Shown here: piece by piece, positions 49,974 through 62,484 of the stretch
Layout: the number at the start of each line of letters is the position of its first letter
Numbering within the stretch: the stretch's first letter is position 1
Program-made: the position numbers and the translations under genes
NCBI GenBank assembly: GCA_964016885.1
Contig: OZ024746.1
Location: forward strand, 96,100,001-96,164,000
Reading direction: 5' to 3'
Length of the DNA stretch: 64,000 bases
Source: Eledone cirrhosa
Taxonomy: Eukaryota
The notes under the pieces: model-generated
The model's input: the letters and a program-made list of their open reading frames with translations, nothing else
Told to the model about the DNA's origin: nothing
Database searches by the model: none

Positions 49974-50446
49974 GTAAGTTACAATACTTTTATTCAATCA
50001 TCATCGTCATCATCATTGTCATCATCATTTTTAGAGGTAGCAATCTTCATCATCCTCATCATCATCATCATCATTTTTAAAGGTAAGTAATAATCATCAT
50101 CATCATCATCATCATTATATCCACTGTCCATGCTGGCATGAGTTGGACAGGTTATCAGAGTCCAAGTCCAGATGAGTCTAAGTGACGAATCTCACTTATT
50201 ATATTCTATATTTTCCATAGTTTCTATGGCCAGATGCTCTTAATAACGTCAGCCACCTTACAGGGTGTACTAGATGCATTTTTTGTGACATCAACACACG
50301 TCCATTTTATCATGGTACCAACACTAACACTTTACTTGGTGTATTAGATGTCTTTTATCATGGCGCCAACACTAGAGAAGTTGTCGCATGTTAGGCTTTA
50401 CTGAAGAGTTCTCTCAAGTTCTACATTTTTTCCATTTGATTGCAAA

Positions 50447-51023
50447 TAAAGTGGTTGTCTAGGTGTCATGACAAAAAGCATCCAGCCCACATTGTAAAGT
50501 GGCCGTGTAGGTGTCATGATAAAAGCATCCAACCCATGCTGTAAAGTGGTCATGTAGGTGTCACAACAAAAAGCACCCTGTCCACACTATAATGTGGTTG
50601 TGTAGGTGTCATGACAAAAAGCACCCAGTCCACACTATAATGTGGTTGTGTAGGTGTCACAACAAAAAGCACCCAGTCTACATTATAAAGTGGTTGTCTA
50701 GGTGTCATGACAAAAAGCACCCAGTCCACACTGTAAAGTAGTTGTGTAGGTGTCATGACAAAAAACACCCAGCCCACACTGTAAAGTGGTTGTGTAGGTG
50801 TCATGATAAAAGCACCCAACCCACACTGTAATGTGGTCATGTAGGTGTCACAACAAAAAACACCCAGTACTCACTGTAAATGCGGTTGGCATTAGGAAGG
50901 GCATCCAGTTGTAGAAACCAAGCCAAAATCAGTTTTGTATGAGCAAGGACAACTCACCTAACCTATGCTAGCGTGGAAAAATGGACATTAAACGATGGTA
51001 ATGATGATGATGATGATGATGAT
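50447..51023 (+). repeat. 48 bp RTE-3'UTR minisatellite (~9 units) ending in the RTE tail
   Basis: Same unit as 29490-29745, followed by AGGAAGGGCATCCAG and (GAT)n. Confidence 0.9.
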
Positions 51024-51736
51024 GTAGCCTCCAGTCTCTCACCATGGTTACTTTTATCTGTTAGTATTTTATGCTAGAGTGTAAATTAGCTGAGTCATTA
51101 GATTGTCATATTAAATGTTTTTGTTCTGGCTCCCTGCAGTCAGAATTCTCTCACCTTCTGTTTAAACCAGCCATAACTGACCACTCATACTGATGTTAAG
51201 GTATTGTTCTCCAAATAAATAATAACAAAATCTCATATATTTGATATTATGTGAGATAAAGTCTTTACCATGGAAATACAATAGTATATAGAGAGTAATG
51301 TAAATACTAAAGGGTTAAAGGTTCAAATGACCAACTGATTTGACTATTTTATATTTAAACCTGCACTGTAGAAGCTTACAATAAGCTGACATCATTATCA
51401 TCATTATCATTTAATGTCCACTTTCCCAGTTAGCAAGGGTTGAACTGGTCATCACAGATCAATTCAATACCGAAGTGGGGTTGCTGACCTCCCAGACAGG
51501 CTGGGCATCCACATCTCACTTACATATGGCCCCACATTCTATCACATGCATTTTATAATGGCACCAGCACTAGATAAGTTGTCATGTCTTTGACTCAACC
51601 CTTTGTTTGACAAGCTTTCTACAGCTGGATGCCCTTCCTATCACCAACCACTTTACAGCATTACTGGGTGTAAGATTTATGTATTATCAAATTTTCTCAA
51701 TGTTTCATAATACAATTATTTTCTTCTCTTTTGCAG

Positions 51737-51817
51737 GCTTTTGGAAATGCCAAGACTACACGGAATGATAATTCTAGTAGATTTGGTAAATTTATGGATG
51801 TCCAATTTGATTTCAAG
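51737..51817 (+). CDS. MYO1C: Myosin I coding exon 4 (switch I)
   Basis: ttgcag|[27 protein letters not shown]|gtaaga. Contains switch [10 protein letters not shown]. Confidence 0.96.
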
Positions 51818-51883
51818 GTAAGAGAAACACATTTTAGAGGTGCCGACTTCAATGATGGCTGCAACTATATTAGTATAGTGACG

Positions 51884-52692
51884 GTGTAGGTGTCACAACA
51901 AAAGGCACCCAGTCCACACTGTAAAGTGGTCATGTAGGTGTCATGACAAAAGGCACCCAGTCCACACTGTAAAGTGGTCATGTAGGTGTCACGACAAAAG
52001 GCACCCAGTCCACACTGTAAAGTAGTCACGTAGGTGTCACGACAAAAGACACCCAGTCCACACTGTAAAGTGGTCATGACAAAAGACACCCAGTCCACAC
52101 TGTAAATTGGTCATGTAGGTGTCACAACAAAAGGCACCCAGTCCACACTGTAAAGTGGTCATGTAGGTGTCACGACAAAAGGCACCCAGTTCACACTGTA
52201 AAGTGGTCATGTAGGTGTCATGACAAAAGACACCCAGTCCACACTGTAAAGTGGTCGTGTAGGTGTCACGACATAATACACCCAGTCCACACTGTAAAGT
52301 GGTCATGTAGGTGTCATGACAAAAGACACCCAGTCCACACTGTAAAGTGGTCATGTAGGTGTCACGACAAAAGACACCCAGTCCACACTGTAAAGTGGTC
52401 GTGTAGGTGTCATGACAAAAGACACCCAATCCACACTGTAAAGTGGTCATGTAGGTGTCACGACAAAAGGCACCCAGTCCACACTGTAAAGTGGTCGTGT
52501 AGGCAACGTGAGAAAAAGAACCCAGCACACATTCTAAATGTGGTTGGTGTTAGGAAGGGCATCCAGCCGTAGAAACCAAGCCAAAATCAGTTCTGTGTGA
52601 GCGAATCACGGTCCCCTGACCTGATACCTCAGAAAGGGACAGCCCATCTTACCCATGCTAGTGTAGAAGATGGACGTTAAATGATGATGATG
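51884..52692 (+). repeat. 48 bp RTE-3'UTR minisatellite (~13 units) ending in the RTE tail
   Basis: Same unit. Starts about 66 bp after the exon 4 donor. Confidence 0.92.
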
Positions 52693-52744
52693 GCAGGTAA
52701 CTCAGTCTTTAGAGTGTTCGGTTTACAATTGAATGGTTCTGTTT

Positions 52745-53450
52745 TTGATTCATGGCAGTGTTTAGTGTCCTTGAGCAAGACACTCTATTTCAAGTTACTC
52801 CACTTGTTGTGAGTCAATTCATGGCAGTGTTTAGTGTCCTTGAGCAAGACACTCTATTTCAAGTTACTCCACTTGTTGTGAGTCAATTCATGGCAGTGTT
52901 TAGAGTCCTTGAGCAAGACACTCTATTTCAAGTTACTCCAGTCCACTCAGCTGGCAAAAATGAATTTCACTGTAATTCAAAGCTTTGTCACACACTGACA
53001 TTCTACATTTCCTTAAGAATTATGTTAATGGTACACATCTCTGTGGAATGCTCGGGCACTTACACTGTGTCATGCTGAATCTCCTTGAGAATTATGTTAA
53101 TGGTACACATCTCTGTGGAATGCCCTGGCACTTACAATGTGTCATGCTGAATCTCCCTGAGAATTATGTTAATGCTACACATCTCTGTGGAATGCCCTGG
53201 CACTTACAATGTGTCATGCTGAATCTCCCTGAGAATTATGTTAATGCTACACATCTCTGTGGAATGCCCTGGCACTTACAATGTGTCATGCTGAATCTCC
53301 CTGAGAATTATGTTAATGCTACACGTGTCTGTGGAATGCTCGGGCACTTACACTGTGTCAGGCTGAATCTCCCTGAAAATTATGTTAATGGTACATATCT
53401 CTGTGGAATGCTCGGACACTTATACTGTAATTTACAAGCAGGCTGTTCCA
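52745..53450 (+). repeat. SINE B (tail 3) with internal 69 bp x3 and 72 bp x~6 tandem amplifications
   Basis: The repeating 23 aa and 24 aa periods in the ORF track reflect these units. Confidence 0.85.
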
Positions 53451-54325
53451 TTGTTTACACAATTGAACTCCCAGAGGTTCAACATATTATTACAGTTACC
53501 AAACCTAGTTACGTCCCTTTACGATCTGAGTTCAAATCCCGTCGAGGTTAACTTTGCCTTTCATCCTTACGGGGTTGATAAAATAAAGTACCAGTAATGC
53601 ACTGGGTAATTGCTGGCCTTGTGCCTAAAGTAGAAACAATTATTATGGCAGAATTGGTAGAGCATCGGACACCATGTTTCACAGCATAGAGTTACGGCCC
53701 TTTACGTTCCGAGTTCAAATCCCGCTGAGATTAGCTTTGCCATTCATCCTTACAAGATCGATAAAATGAAGTACCTGTAATGTACTGGTGTCTATTTAAC
53801 CAACTTTCCTCTCCCCACAAAATGGTTGCTCCACACTGTAAATGTAGTTATGGAGGGCATCCAGCTGTAAAAACCCCCATACAAATTTACAGTCCTGTCA
53901 GAACAAGGTACAGCGCAGTCAACTCTGGCCAGACCTGTCTCTCAGTGTAGACAACCCGTCTGACCCATGCAAGCATGGAAAATGGACGTTAAACAGTGAT
54001 GTTGATGTTGATGATGATGATTCTCAATTTTTCTCTACCTCTCTCTTTCTCTGTCTATTTCTTTCTGCTCATCATTATAAGAATCGGTAGTGTCGGACAC
54101 CATGCTTTGCAGCATAGTTATGGCCCTTTACGTTCTGAGTTCAAATCCCACCGAGGTTAACTTTGCCTTTCATCCTTACTGTGTTGATAAAATAAAGTAC
54201 CAGTAATGCACTGGGTAATTGCTGGCCTTGTGCCAAAAGTAGAAACAATTATATTATAGTCTTTTCATAAAGTAGACTTTGACAAAATAAAAGGACCTTT
54301 TTTTTTAAATCATGTTTTGTTAAAG

Positions 54326-54505
54326 GGAGCTCCTGTGGGCGGACATATACTCAACTATCTTCTGGAAAAATCTAGAGTTATTCACCATGCACCTGGAGAA
54401 CGCAATTTTCATGTGTTTTACCAACTTTTATGCAGCAAGGATGAAAAGTTACTTGAGAAATTTCATCTAGATAGCGATCCCAATAAGTACCATTATTTAT
54501 CTCAG
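54326..54505 (+). CDS. MYO1C: Myosin I coding exon 5
   Basis: taaag|[60 protein letters not shown]|gtaatt. Contains YLLEKSRV and ERNFH. The AAG acceptor is weak. Confidence 0.94.
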
Positions 54506-56550
54506 GTAATTATACACTTTAAATATTCTATATATAACAGATTTATTTGTTTTGATTAAAACCCTTTGATGCTATAATTTACTCTTATCACCGAGTTTCT
54601 TGTTTATTATTTGTTTGGTTGCTTTTCTAGATAATCAAAAGCTTTGAAACTATTTAGAAATGGTTGATATGGATTGTTATATAGCCATATTCAGGTAACT
54701 GGTCACATGTGAAAACAATGTTGTTGTTAAGGCTAATGTTTCATCCTACAATGTCTGTGCATGTCTGTTGTTTTAGTCAATACATTTCTAATCCCTGGTA
54801 ACCTTTTATGTTGATGGCATATTATACAACATTTGTAAACGTGGTTGGTGTTAGGAAGGGCACCCAGCTGTAAAATCCCAGAGTGACAGGAGGCAGAGTT
54901 TGAACTGAAGAGTACACATAGCTAGATCAAGTGCTGTAAAGTCAACACTATCAATTATACCAATCCACTGCCCTGGATTGGTACTTTATTTATATCAGAC
55001 ACTGTAAATGTGGTATTAGGAAGGGCATCCAGCTGTAAAAATCCCTGCCAACTTTACAGTTCCGTCTGAGCAAGGTACAGTGTAGTCAACTAGCCAGACT
55101 TATCTCATGATGTGAGTGACCCATCCAACCCATGCAAGCATGGAAAATGGACATTAAATGGTTGTGGTGATGATGATGACGATGTTAGCTGTTTCTCAAA
55201 GACTAGGGTTCTTCTTCAGAGCCAGGAAATACTAGGTATAGACATGGCTATAAGTTATGAACTTTGCTTCACAACTGTGATTTGGGGTTTTAACCTAATC
55301 CCAGCACATTGTCTGATTTGTGAAAGTCCATGATTTGCAGCCGTAAATAAGTGTTGACCAGACAAATGTCTTCAGTAAATGAATTTTGATTCCGATTGAG
55401 AGGTTAATCTATTGCACATTTAATGCTTGCTCCTGTCCTTAGGGTGTCTGTAGCTGCAAGTCAACACAACATGGACAGATAGCTAAGGAATTAACTTTGC
55501 ACTCATTAGATCCCAGGTTCAAACCCACTGAATGGTATCTTGAGCAAGTATCATTTACCACATCCTCAGATCAAACCATGCTTTGTGAGTGATATTGTGT
55601 AGGCAGAAACTGTTTGGAAGCCTGTCAGATGACTGCTACTTGCAAGTCAAAGTACCAGCCTTGTCACACACTGTGTTATGCTAAATCTCTTTGAATTATG
55701 TTATGGGTAGATTTTTGTGTGAAATACTCAGCCACATATACATTAATTTCATGAGCAAACTTTTCCAGTGATCAAACAACTGAAGCACTCATCATTGTAA
55801 CTGGCAGAGGACCAATCTATTCCACCTGCTGCAAGTATTTAGGTTTGCTGATTGGTCTAAGGGTAAACAGACTTGAAAACTCTGAAAAGGGCAATGAGGG
55901 CTGCCTTTTCTCTGCTGACTAAAACATTTAAAAAGAAGGTTAACCCTTTACATGACATATGATGTTCTACAATAGAGTACTCCCCAAAAATGTTGGATAA
56001 TGCATCCAGTACATATTTTGAACAACAACAGCAAGTATTTTTAAGCCATTTTTCCCTGCTAAAGTCTGATAGGCTCCATAAAAGACTTCATGTTCATCAT
56101 GAGGTCCTTTTTTTAAGCAATATATTATGGCTGGATTCCTTTCCTAGTGTTAACACTTAATTGTCTCTTACAACATGCAGGAATATGATGTACCTATTCT
56201 AATCTAGATACTCACACACGCACACCATATTTTGAACTATATGCAAAAATCAAACAGCAATAATTTCTATAAAAATACCAGCGCTTCATAAACCTTCACC
56301 CACCAACACTTTTCACTGCCATTTCTCAACAGAATTGCTGCCCTGTCTTTTCTATGCTCATGTGTTATTCCCTCTAACACCTATTTTTGCAGAAGTTCAT
56401 CCCTATCCTAAACTGGGTGATACAGTGTACTGTGTGGATACCTTACATGTTTCTGTGTTCTAAATTAAAATCCCTCTGGTGTCAGCTTTGCTTGTCGTTC
56501 TACCGAATCAACTCTAGTATATAGCTGACAATTTTAACTTACCTGTAATA

Positions 56551-57392
56551 TCTCTTAACATCCTGTTCTGCATGAAACCACATTAGCAAGACATTCTTTA
56601 GAAGAACAAAAAGAGCACACTGACTGCATCACATTAAACATTAATGTTTTACACTAATGCTGCAAATTTCCAGTGAGCTGTCCAGTAGTAAAGATACTAT
56701 AAACATTTGAATTAACAAACCACATGAAACCACATTAACAAGACATTCTTGAGAAGTACAAATCACCACAATGGCTGCATCACATTAAAAATTAAAGTCT
56801 TTACTCTAATACTATAATTTTTCACAATAATCTACCTATGCATTCAGAACATAAGCTGGCGACATCTGACTTTGAGAGAGATATATGCCGGCCTCCCATA
56901 TATATCTGTTGTTGTACATAAAAGGAGAGTAAGATTTGCTGGCCACTGTCATCGTGCCACCTATGAGGCTGTGTCCCCATTAATGCTTTGGAAACTACAA
57001 GCAGTCACTAATAACAGGGGGTGCAAGCCCTCCTATCCTGATGTCATCTACAGCGATTCTGGTATTGAAATCCAGGACTTGACAATAGACAACAGACCCA
57101 CTTGGAGATAAATTGTTGAGTCCATTTCAGCTGAGGCCACCGGATGAAAGATACTATAAACATTAATGAAACCACATTAGCAAGACATTCTTGAGAAGTA
57201 CAAAAGAGTACAATGACTGCATCACATTAAATATTAATGTCTTTACTCTAATATTACAAATCCTCACAAAGATATGTCAACTAGTAAAATTATATAAATT
57301 TCACAACAATCTATCTTCTAGTAAGAATACTATTTGAATTAACAAACCTGTTTTTAGATATTTTCTGTAAACCATTACAGGATGTTAAGAGA
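56551..57392. mobile_element. TIR element with internal ~150 bp tandem units, copy 1
   Basis: TIR TCTCTTAACATCCTG...CAGGATGTTAAGAGA. Internal unit CATGAAACCACATTAGCAAGACATTCTT...; contains an RTE fragment. Confidence 0.72.
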
Positions 57393-57462
57393 TATACCTA
57401 GGGTAATTCAATTGATGATAATTCTATATATTTACCATTAAGTGTGCAACATATATTTTCAG

Positions 57463-57561
57463 GGAAAAAGTATTAAGATTGCATCTGTTGACGATCATAA
57501 GAATTTTGAAGAAATGCGCCAAGCTTTGAAAATCTGTGATTTCTCCAGTTCTGAAGAAGAA
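57463..57561 (+). CDS. MYO1C: Myosin I coding exon 6
   Basis: ttttcag|GKSIKIASVDDHKNFEEMRQALKICDFSSSEEE|gtaaga. Aligns to MYO1C [33 protein letters not shown]. Confidence 0.92.
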
Positions 57562-58192
57562 GTAAGATGTTTATATAATCTAAATTTGTGATTTTGTATG
57601 TTGCGTATAATAACAGAATTAGTAAATTAGTTTTTTTGATGCCCATAGTATCGGAGGTATGATCTCTCAATTCAGAGAAGTAGTGGCTCTACCTGGAGTG
57701 ACTCTCTGAACTCTGAGCTACGCACTCTATCAAGTAATGTTACTCCAAAGACCCTTCGGAGGAACCCTATTTCGGCTGCTTGTATTTGTGATCATATTCT
57801 TTTGGTTATTACCAGGTAAGGCTTGGCATGAGAATCATTGGACAGATTTTACAGGCAAAACCAACTGTCAGGAGAGCCAGGGGTAGGCTCTTCCCCCACG
57901 GCCCTCTCAGGAATAACTGAGTGAAGAAGTTCTTTGATGACCTTGTTTCTGTATGGATGTGATAGCAAGTTCTTAATGAACTAAGACGAACAAGATTGTT
58001 GGATAACATCCCTGAGCTTGGCTGGTCTCGCTTGGGGATCCAGCTGGATCAGTTGGAGACGGTTGCCTCTGACAAGACCCGCTGGAAGGAGTGTTTGAGA
58101 ACCCTGCCCCCACGACTCTGAAGGAATAAGAGGGAGAAGAAGATATCAACACCTGTTCTTATTTTTTCATGTTTGGTACTTATTTTATACAT

Positions 58193-58763
58193 CACACACA
58201 TACATACACACACACTCACACATGCACACATACACATACACTCACATATACACACACACTCACACATACATATGCACTCACACATACACACACACTCACA
58301 CATACACACGCTCACGCACACACACTTATACACACAGACACACACACTCACACATACACACACACACTCACGCATACACACTCACACATACACACACTCA
58401 CACATACACACTCACACATACACACTCACACATACACACTCACACATACACACACACTCACACATACACACACGCTCACACATACACACACATACACACA
58501 CGCACATACACACACACACACACACATATACGCACACACACACACTCACACATACACATACACCCACATACCCCCCCACACACCCACACACACTCACGCA
58601 AACACACACACACACTTATACACACAGACAGACAGACATACACACACACTCACACATACACACACACTGACACATACATTCACACTCACATACACTCACA
58701 CATACTCACACACCCACATACACACACCCACATACACACACACACACTCACACATACATACAC
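58193..58763. repeat. (CA)n-based microsatellite
   Basis: Directly visible. Confidence 0.95.
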
Positions 58764-58846
58764 AGATGGCGACATAAAATAAAGTACCAGTAATGTACTA
58801 GGAATATATTGCTGGCCTTATTCATTATCTTTCTTTTCTCTTTCAG

Positions 58847-58957
58847 TCCCTGTTTGCTATTGTTGCGGCTGTGATTCACTTAGGAAATATTACCTACAGA
58901 GAAGACCAGGGAGTTGCTAAGTTATCACATAGTGGATATGAAAGTTATATAGCCAAT
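58847..58957 (+). CDS. MYO1C: Myosin I coding exon 7
   Basis: tttcag|SLFAIVAAVIHLGNITYREDQGVAKLSHSGYESYIAN|gtaggt. Contains the HLGNI motif. Confidence 0.92.
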
Positions 58958-59063
58958 GTAGGTGATTTAGCCATTTACTTAACCCCCCCTTTTGATACCA
59001 AACCACATGAAACTGACCATGACAAACCTTACAAACTGTTTATATTTATCTAAAATCTTTCCA

Positions 59064-59365
59064 TCATCTTTCTTCTTGTCGTGTCCACAAGAGCGTCAGT
59101 TACAAAGCTTGGCTAGATGTAGTCCCACCACAGCTGAACACATTGCTGTCCTTTCTCATTAAACTCTGCCAAGTCCAATGTTGTGCAGGGGTGTTCCAGC
59201 AGGGGACACATCAAGAGGTGCTGCGTAGTCTGTGGTTCGATGCCGCAGTCACACACACAACATCCCATCCTTTAAATATCCCCGTTTTGCAAAGAGTGAC
59301 GTTTGAACAGCCAACACCAGATCTTAGTCAGGCATTCCCACACTGCATAGTTTGTAAGAACCACT
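59064..59365 (-). mobile_element. Vingi/Ingi-like LINE 3' fragment
   Basis: Minus strand encodes VCDCGIEPQTTQHLLMCPLLEHPCTTLDLAEFNEKGQQCVQLWWDYI* (terminal CCHC), followed by a short 3' UTR. Confidence 0.6.
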
Positions 59366-59407
59366 TTTAAGTTATCCTCTACTGACTAGCTTAGTAATGA
59401 GAAATTA

Positions 59408-60232
59408 TCATCATCTCCTCCTCTGTTTAATGTCCATTTTCCATGCTAGCATGGGTTAGACGAGTTATCCCATTGTGAGGCATGCCAATGATTATGACTT
59501 GCTCATACAGGACTAGTTTTTGGCTTGGTTTCTATGGCTGGATGCCCTTCCTAACACCAACCAGATTTACAGTGTGTGCTGGGTGCTTTTTGAGGTGACA
59601 CCTACACAACCACTTTACAGTGTGGGCTGGTTACTTTTTGTTGTGACACCTACACAATCACTTTACAGTGTGTACTGGGTGCTTTTTATCATGACACCAA
59701 CATGACCACCTTACAATGTGTGCTGGGGTGCTTTTGTCGTGACACCTACATGACCACTTTACAATGTGGGCTGGGTACTTTTTATCGTGACACCAGCACG
59801 ACCACTTTACAGTGTGTGCTAGGTGCTTTTTGTTGTGATACCTTCACAACCACCTTACAGTGTGGGCTGGGTACTTTTTGTCATGACACCAGCACGACCA
59901 GTTTACAGTGGAGGCTGGGCACTTTTTGTTGTGACACCTACATGACCACTTTACAGTGTGTGCTGGGTGCTTTTTGTTGTGACCCCTACATGCCCACTTT
60001 ACAGTGTGTGCTAGGTGCTTTTCGTTGTGACACTTTACATGACCACTTTACAGTGTGCTTTTTATCATGACACCAACATGACCACCTTACAGTGTGTACT
60101 GGGTGCTTTTTGTCATGACACCTACATGACCACTTTACAGTGTGGGCTGGGTGCTTTTTGTTGTGATACCTTCACAACTACTTTACAGTATGGGCTGGGT
60201 GCTTTTTGTTGTGACACCAACATGACCATTTA
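59408..60232 (-). repeat. RTE tail with 48 bp minisatellite (~13 diverged units)
   Basis: Reverse complement of the arrays at 50447 and 51884. Confidence 0.9.
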
Positions 60233-60353
60233 CTAAATCCCTTAAAATTCTTATTTTCAAAATAATTTGAAAATCATAGATGGTAATTTTTTAAATTAGA
60301 AATATGGTAGCAATTCGCTGGTGGCTGTTGATATAACATAATCTTTCTGAGGT

Positions 60354-61214
60354 TTAACTCTTACCGTCCTGTTCCACATGAAATCACATTATCAAGGTAT
60401 TCTTGAAAAGTACTAAACAGCACGATGACTACATCACATTAAAAATTGAAATTTATACTCTAACACAGAGGTTCTCAAAGTGGGTGCTACTGCCCCCCCC
60501 CCCCCCCCCCCCAGTGGGCATTGAGAAAGTCCAGGGGGCACTGGAGCCTAAGGAGGTGGTAGAGATGATATAATAGTATATTAAATATCAAATGATACAT
60601 ATTATATATAAATATAGTAAAATAAAAAAATGTATAAGATTTATTTATACATAGTATATATTATATTATTTACTATATATAAATTTACTATTTTATTATA
60701 TATTATTTACAATTTGTGTGTAGCCAAGTCTCTCTGGAAATAGGGGTGGGGCGCTGAGGGTATAACGTGACTGTGAAGGGGCAAAAGTTTAGGAACCTCT
60801 GCTCTAACATCAAAAATTTTCCTAATATTCTGTCTACTAATAAAGATAATTAATAAATTACATGAAACCACATTAGCAAGATGTCCTTAAAAAGTACAAA
60901 ACAACGCTATGACTGCATTACACTTGATATTAAAATATTTACTCTAATATTGAAAATCTTCCCATTGATCTCTCCAGCAGTAAAGATACTATAAACATTT
61001 GAATTAACAAATCACATGAAACCACATTGACAATATATTCTTGAAATGTACAAAACAGCGTTATGACTGACCACATCAAATATTAAAGTCTCTATTCTAA
61101 CACTGCAAATTTTAACAGCAATCTGTCCAGCAGTAAAGATACTATAAACATTTGAATTAAAAAACTAGTTTTTACATATTTTCTGTTGAATTGCTGCAGG
61201 ATGTTAAGAGTTAA
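60354..61214. mobile_element. TIR element with ~150 bp tandem units, copy 2 (TTAA-flanked, piggyBac-like)
   Basis: TTAA-CTCTTACCGTCCTG...CAGGATGTTAAGAG-TTAA. Confidence 0.75.
60466..60801. mobile_element. hAT (Charlie-like) MITE
   Basis: TIR CAGAGGTTCTCAAA / TTTAGGAACCTCTG. Perfect 8 bp TSD CTCTAACA at 60458-60465 and 60802-60809. Confidence 0.9.
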
Positions 61215-61681
61215 TTATTACACAGAGAGAAATAGGAAGATCTTTTTAGCCCCAGGTCATTTGGCCCTGATTAAGTAAACCTATAATCAAAGATATTTCA
61301 ACCATGACTAATCCATTCTTTACTTAGACTTGGTATAAACTGGAATATATTATCCATTGTTTCCCCTTTTTTTAACTCTTTAGCATTTACATTACTCTAT
61401 ATATACTATTATATTTTTGTGGTAAAGGCTTTACTTCACATAATATTGAATCTATGAGATTTTGATATTACTTATTTTGAGAAAAAATACCTTAACATTA
61501 GTAGGAGTGGCTGGTTACAGCCAGTTTGAACAAAAAGAGGTGAGAAAATTCTGACCAGATACAGCCGGGAGATTTGGTTGCTATTTCTAGCAAGTCGATT
61601 GACCATGTAGAAGCTCCTTGTTTGATTATGTTCTTTGTTGTTGTAAGCTTAAGTATAATAAATATATTCCTCTGTTCATAG

Positions 61682-61753
61682 TTAATTGGATGTCCTGAAG
61701 ATCAACTAACTGAGGCTTTGGAACACCGAACTATTGATGTCCGACAGGAAAAG
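61682..61753 (+). CDS. MYO1C: Myosin I coding exon 8 (gene continues beyond the window)
   Basis: ttcatag|LIGCPEDQLTEALEHRTIDVRQEK|gtatgc. Aligns to MYO1C [24 protein letters not shown]. Confidence 0.9.
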
Positions 61754-62189
61754 GTATGCCTCATTCTCATCCTCTTAATCGTCATCATCATCATTTTACA
61801 TCTGCTTTCCATGCTGGCATGGGCTGGACAAGCTGTCATGGTCCGAGACCAGATGGGTCAAAATGATCTTATCTCACTCATAGGTTCCTTATTTAGGCAT
61901 GGTTTCTATGGCTGGATGCAGGACCTATGAGAGGTGGGAGGATCCAGCCGGTATTCTGTTCCGGGGCCCACAGCAACCATACAACATCCATTTTAAGAAA
62001 AATCTTTGCTCGCTTTAGGCCCCAAAGGTGTCTTGTACCACCTTGCAAAATTTCTCTTGGAGGCCCTGGCTGGATGCCATTTTTTAATGCCAATCATCTT
62101 ACATGGTGTACCGGATGCTTGCTTGCTCTTGCTCAACAAGGCTGGGGTCATCCTAAGCCGGCAAGCCCAGAAGCTTGATCGCGCGTAGA

Positions 62190-62346
62190 GCCGATGTGTC
62201 TGTTTCATGGCGTGAAGCGACTGAGAGTATAAGACACCTTCCTGGACAAGACATTGCAGTGTCAAACCTCCAGCTATTGCTGGTACTCATTTTCAGCTGA
62301 GTGTACTGGAGCAACGTGAAATGAAGTGTTTTGCTCAAGAACACAA
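62190..62346 (-). mobile_element. SINE group B, tail variant 5
   Basis: Core plus AAAATGAGTACCAGCAATAGCTGG...TACTCTCAGTCGCTTCA. A + strand copy lies at 20205-20400. Confidence 0.65.
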
Positions 62347-62484
62347 TACTTGAGAAAGTTTTTACAATGCTGGCTTAAATGCCTTGTTTTATTCAATTCA
62401 CCTCTCTCTCTTCTTAGTTCAAATCCTTCCTCTCTGATTTCAAATCCCACATCTCTCTGAGTTTAAATCCCACTTCTATGGACT

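Noticed and set aside
51884-52530. Cys-rich repetitive proteins (CRDTYMTTLQCGLGAF)n and (NLPENYVNATHLCGMPWHLQCVML)n
   Set aside because: Open frames arise because the 48 and 72 bp TE-derived units are multiples of 3. They lie inside myosin introns.
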